Assembly (NCBI GenBank): GCA_038327385.1
Contig: JBBQKY010000001.1
Span: 4,218 to 68,217 of the forward strand
From: Propionibacteriales bacterium
GTDB lineage: Bacteria; Actinomycetota; Actinomycetes; Propionibacteriales; Nocardioidaceae
Length of the DNA stretch: 64,000 bases
Reading direction: 5' to 3'
Of this stretch, positions 63,898 through 64,000 are shown in pieces. How positions within the stretch are numbered: position 1 is the stretch's first letter; each line of letters begins with the position of its first letter. Both the position numbers and the translations under genes were made by a program. A model generated the notes under the pieces. It made no database searches. It was given only the letters and a program-made list of their open reading frames with translations, and was not told the origin of the DNA.

Positions 63898-64000
63898 CCA
63901 TCCGGCCGTTCCGGTCGACCATCCGGCCGTTCCGGTCGACGATCCGGCCGTTCCGGTGGACGATCCGGCCGTTCCGGTGGACGATCCGGCGGTTCCGGTG
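63896..64000. repeat. 21-bp tandem repeat array, at least 5 copies, truncated by the window end
   Basis: gaccatccggccgttccggtc occurs twice, gacgatccggccgttccggtg twice and gacgatccggcggttccggtg once. The units are contiguous and start on the last two bases of the divIVA TGA stop. Confidence 0.95.

Noticed and set aside
63896-64000. Whether the tandem arrays here and at 32915-33022 could be CRISPR repeats.
   Set aside because: The units are directly contiguous with no spacers and are only 21-22 nt long. No cas genes are in the window. They are minisatellite-type tandem repeats.
1-64000. Mobile genetic elements, prophage, tRNA/rRNA genes, toxin-antitoxin pairs or a compositional island.
   Set aside because: I saw no integrase, transposase, recombinase or phage motifs. 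No intergenic gap has tRNA-like features that I could recognise. GC content and codon bias look uniform apart from short promoter regions. A tRNAscan/Infernal run would be needed for certainty.

Overview
This is a high-GC actinobacterial core-chromosome segment. By eye I found no rRNA, tRNA, CRISPR array, transposase or integrase. As far as I recall, gene order is colinear (inverted) with the Mycobacterium tuberculosis trpD (Rv2192c) to wag31 (Rv2145c) segment. That order runs trpD, DEDD/GIY-YIG nuclease, RipC-like NlpC/P60 hydrolase, pimB, fadD15-like ligase, SRPBCC/ArsA-like module, plsC, class II DAHP synthase, PASTA kinase with an Rv2175c-like regulator, polyprenyl synthase, metF and DUF3040. 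A complete dcw cluster follows at 45.0-63.9 kb: mraZ-rsmH-ftsL-ftsI-murE-murF-mraY-murD-ftsW-murG-murC-ftsQ-ftsZ-pgeF-yggS-sepF-yggT-divIVA. Genes interleaved with this backbone include an LCP protein, ROK glucokinase, EEP phosphoesterase, a TIGR00300-like protein, pfkA, ltaE, an EamA transporter, a CrtI-like oxidoreductase, a YbaK-like deacylase, an L,D-transpeptidase and a MoxR-DUF58-transglutaminase operon. The most unusual content is an operon at 32.1-38.7 kb. A sigma70-like promoter and a perfect LexA box (TCGAACATGCGTTCGA) precede four genes: a small DUF6504-like gene, a DnaE2-like Pol III alpha homolog, a class I SAM methyltransferase and a catalytically intact DinB. No ImuA'/ImuB genes are present. 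The DnaE2-like gene carries 21/22-nt DNA tandem repeats whose successive copies are read in three different frames. A possibly related 21-nt tandem array starts on the divIVA stop codon and runs off the window end. Other candidates are a structured ydaO-like leader before the NlpC/P60 gene, a 54-codon membrane ORF in the long mraZ-rsmH spacer, and several short perfect tandem duplications at gene ends. CDS coordinates include the stop codon. Many starts were moved inward from the longest ORF and remain provisional. All family assignments come from motif recognition, not database searches.
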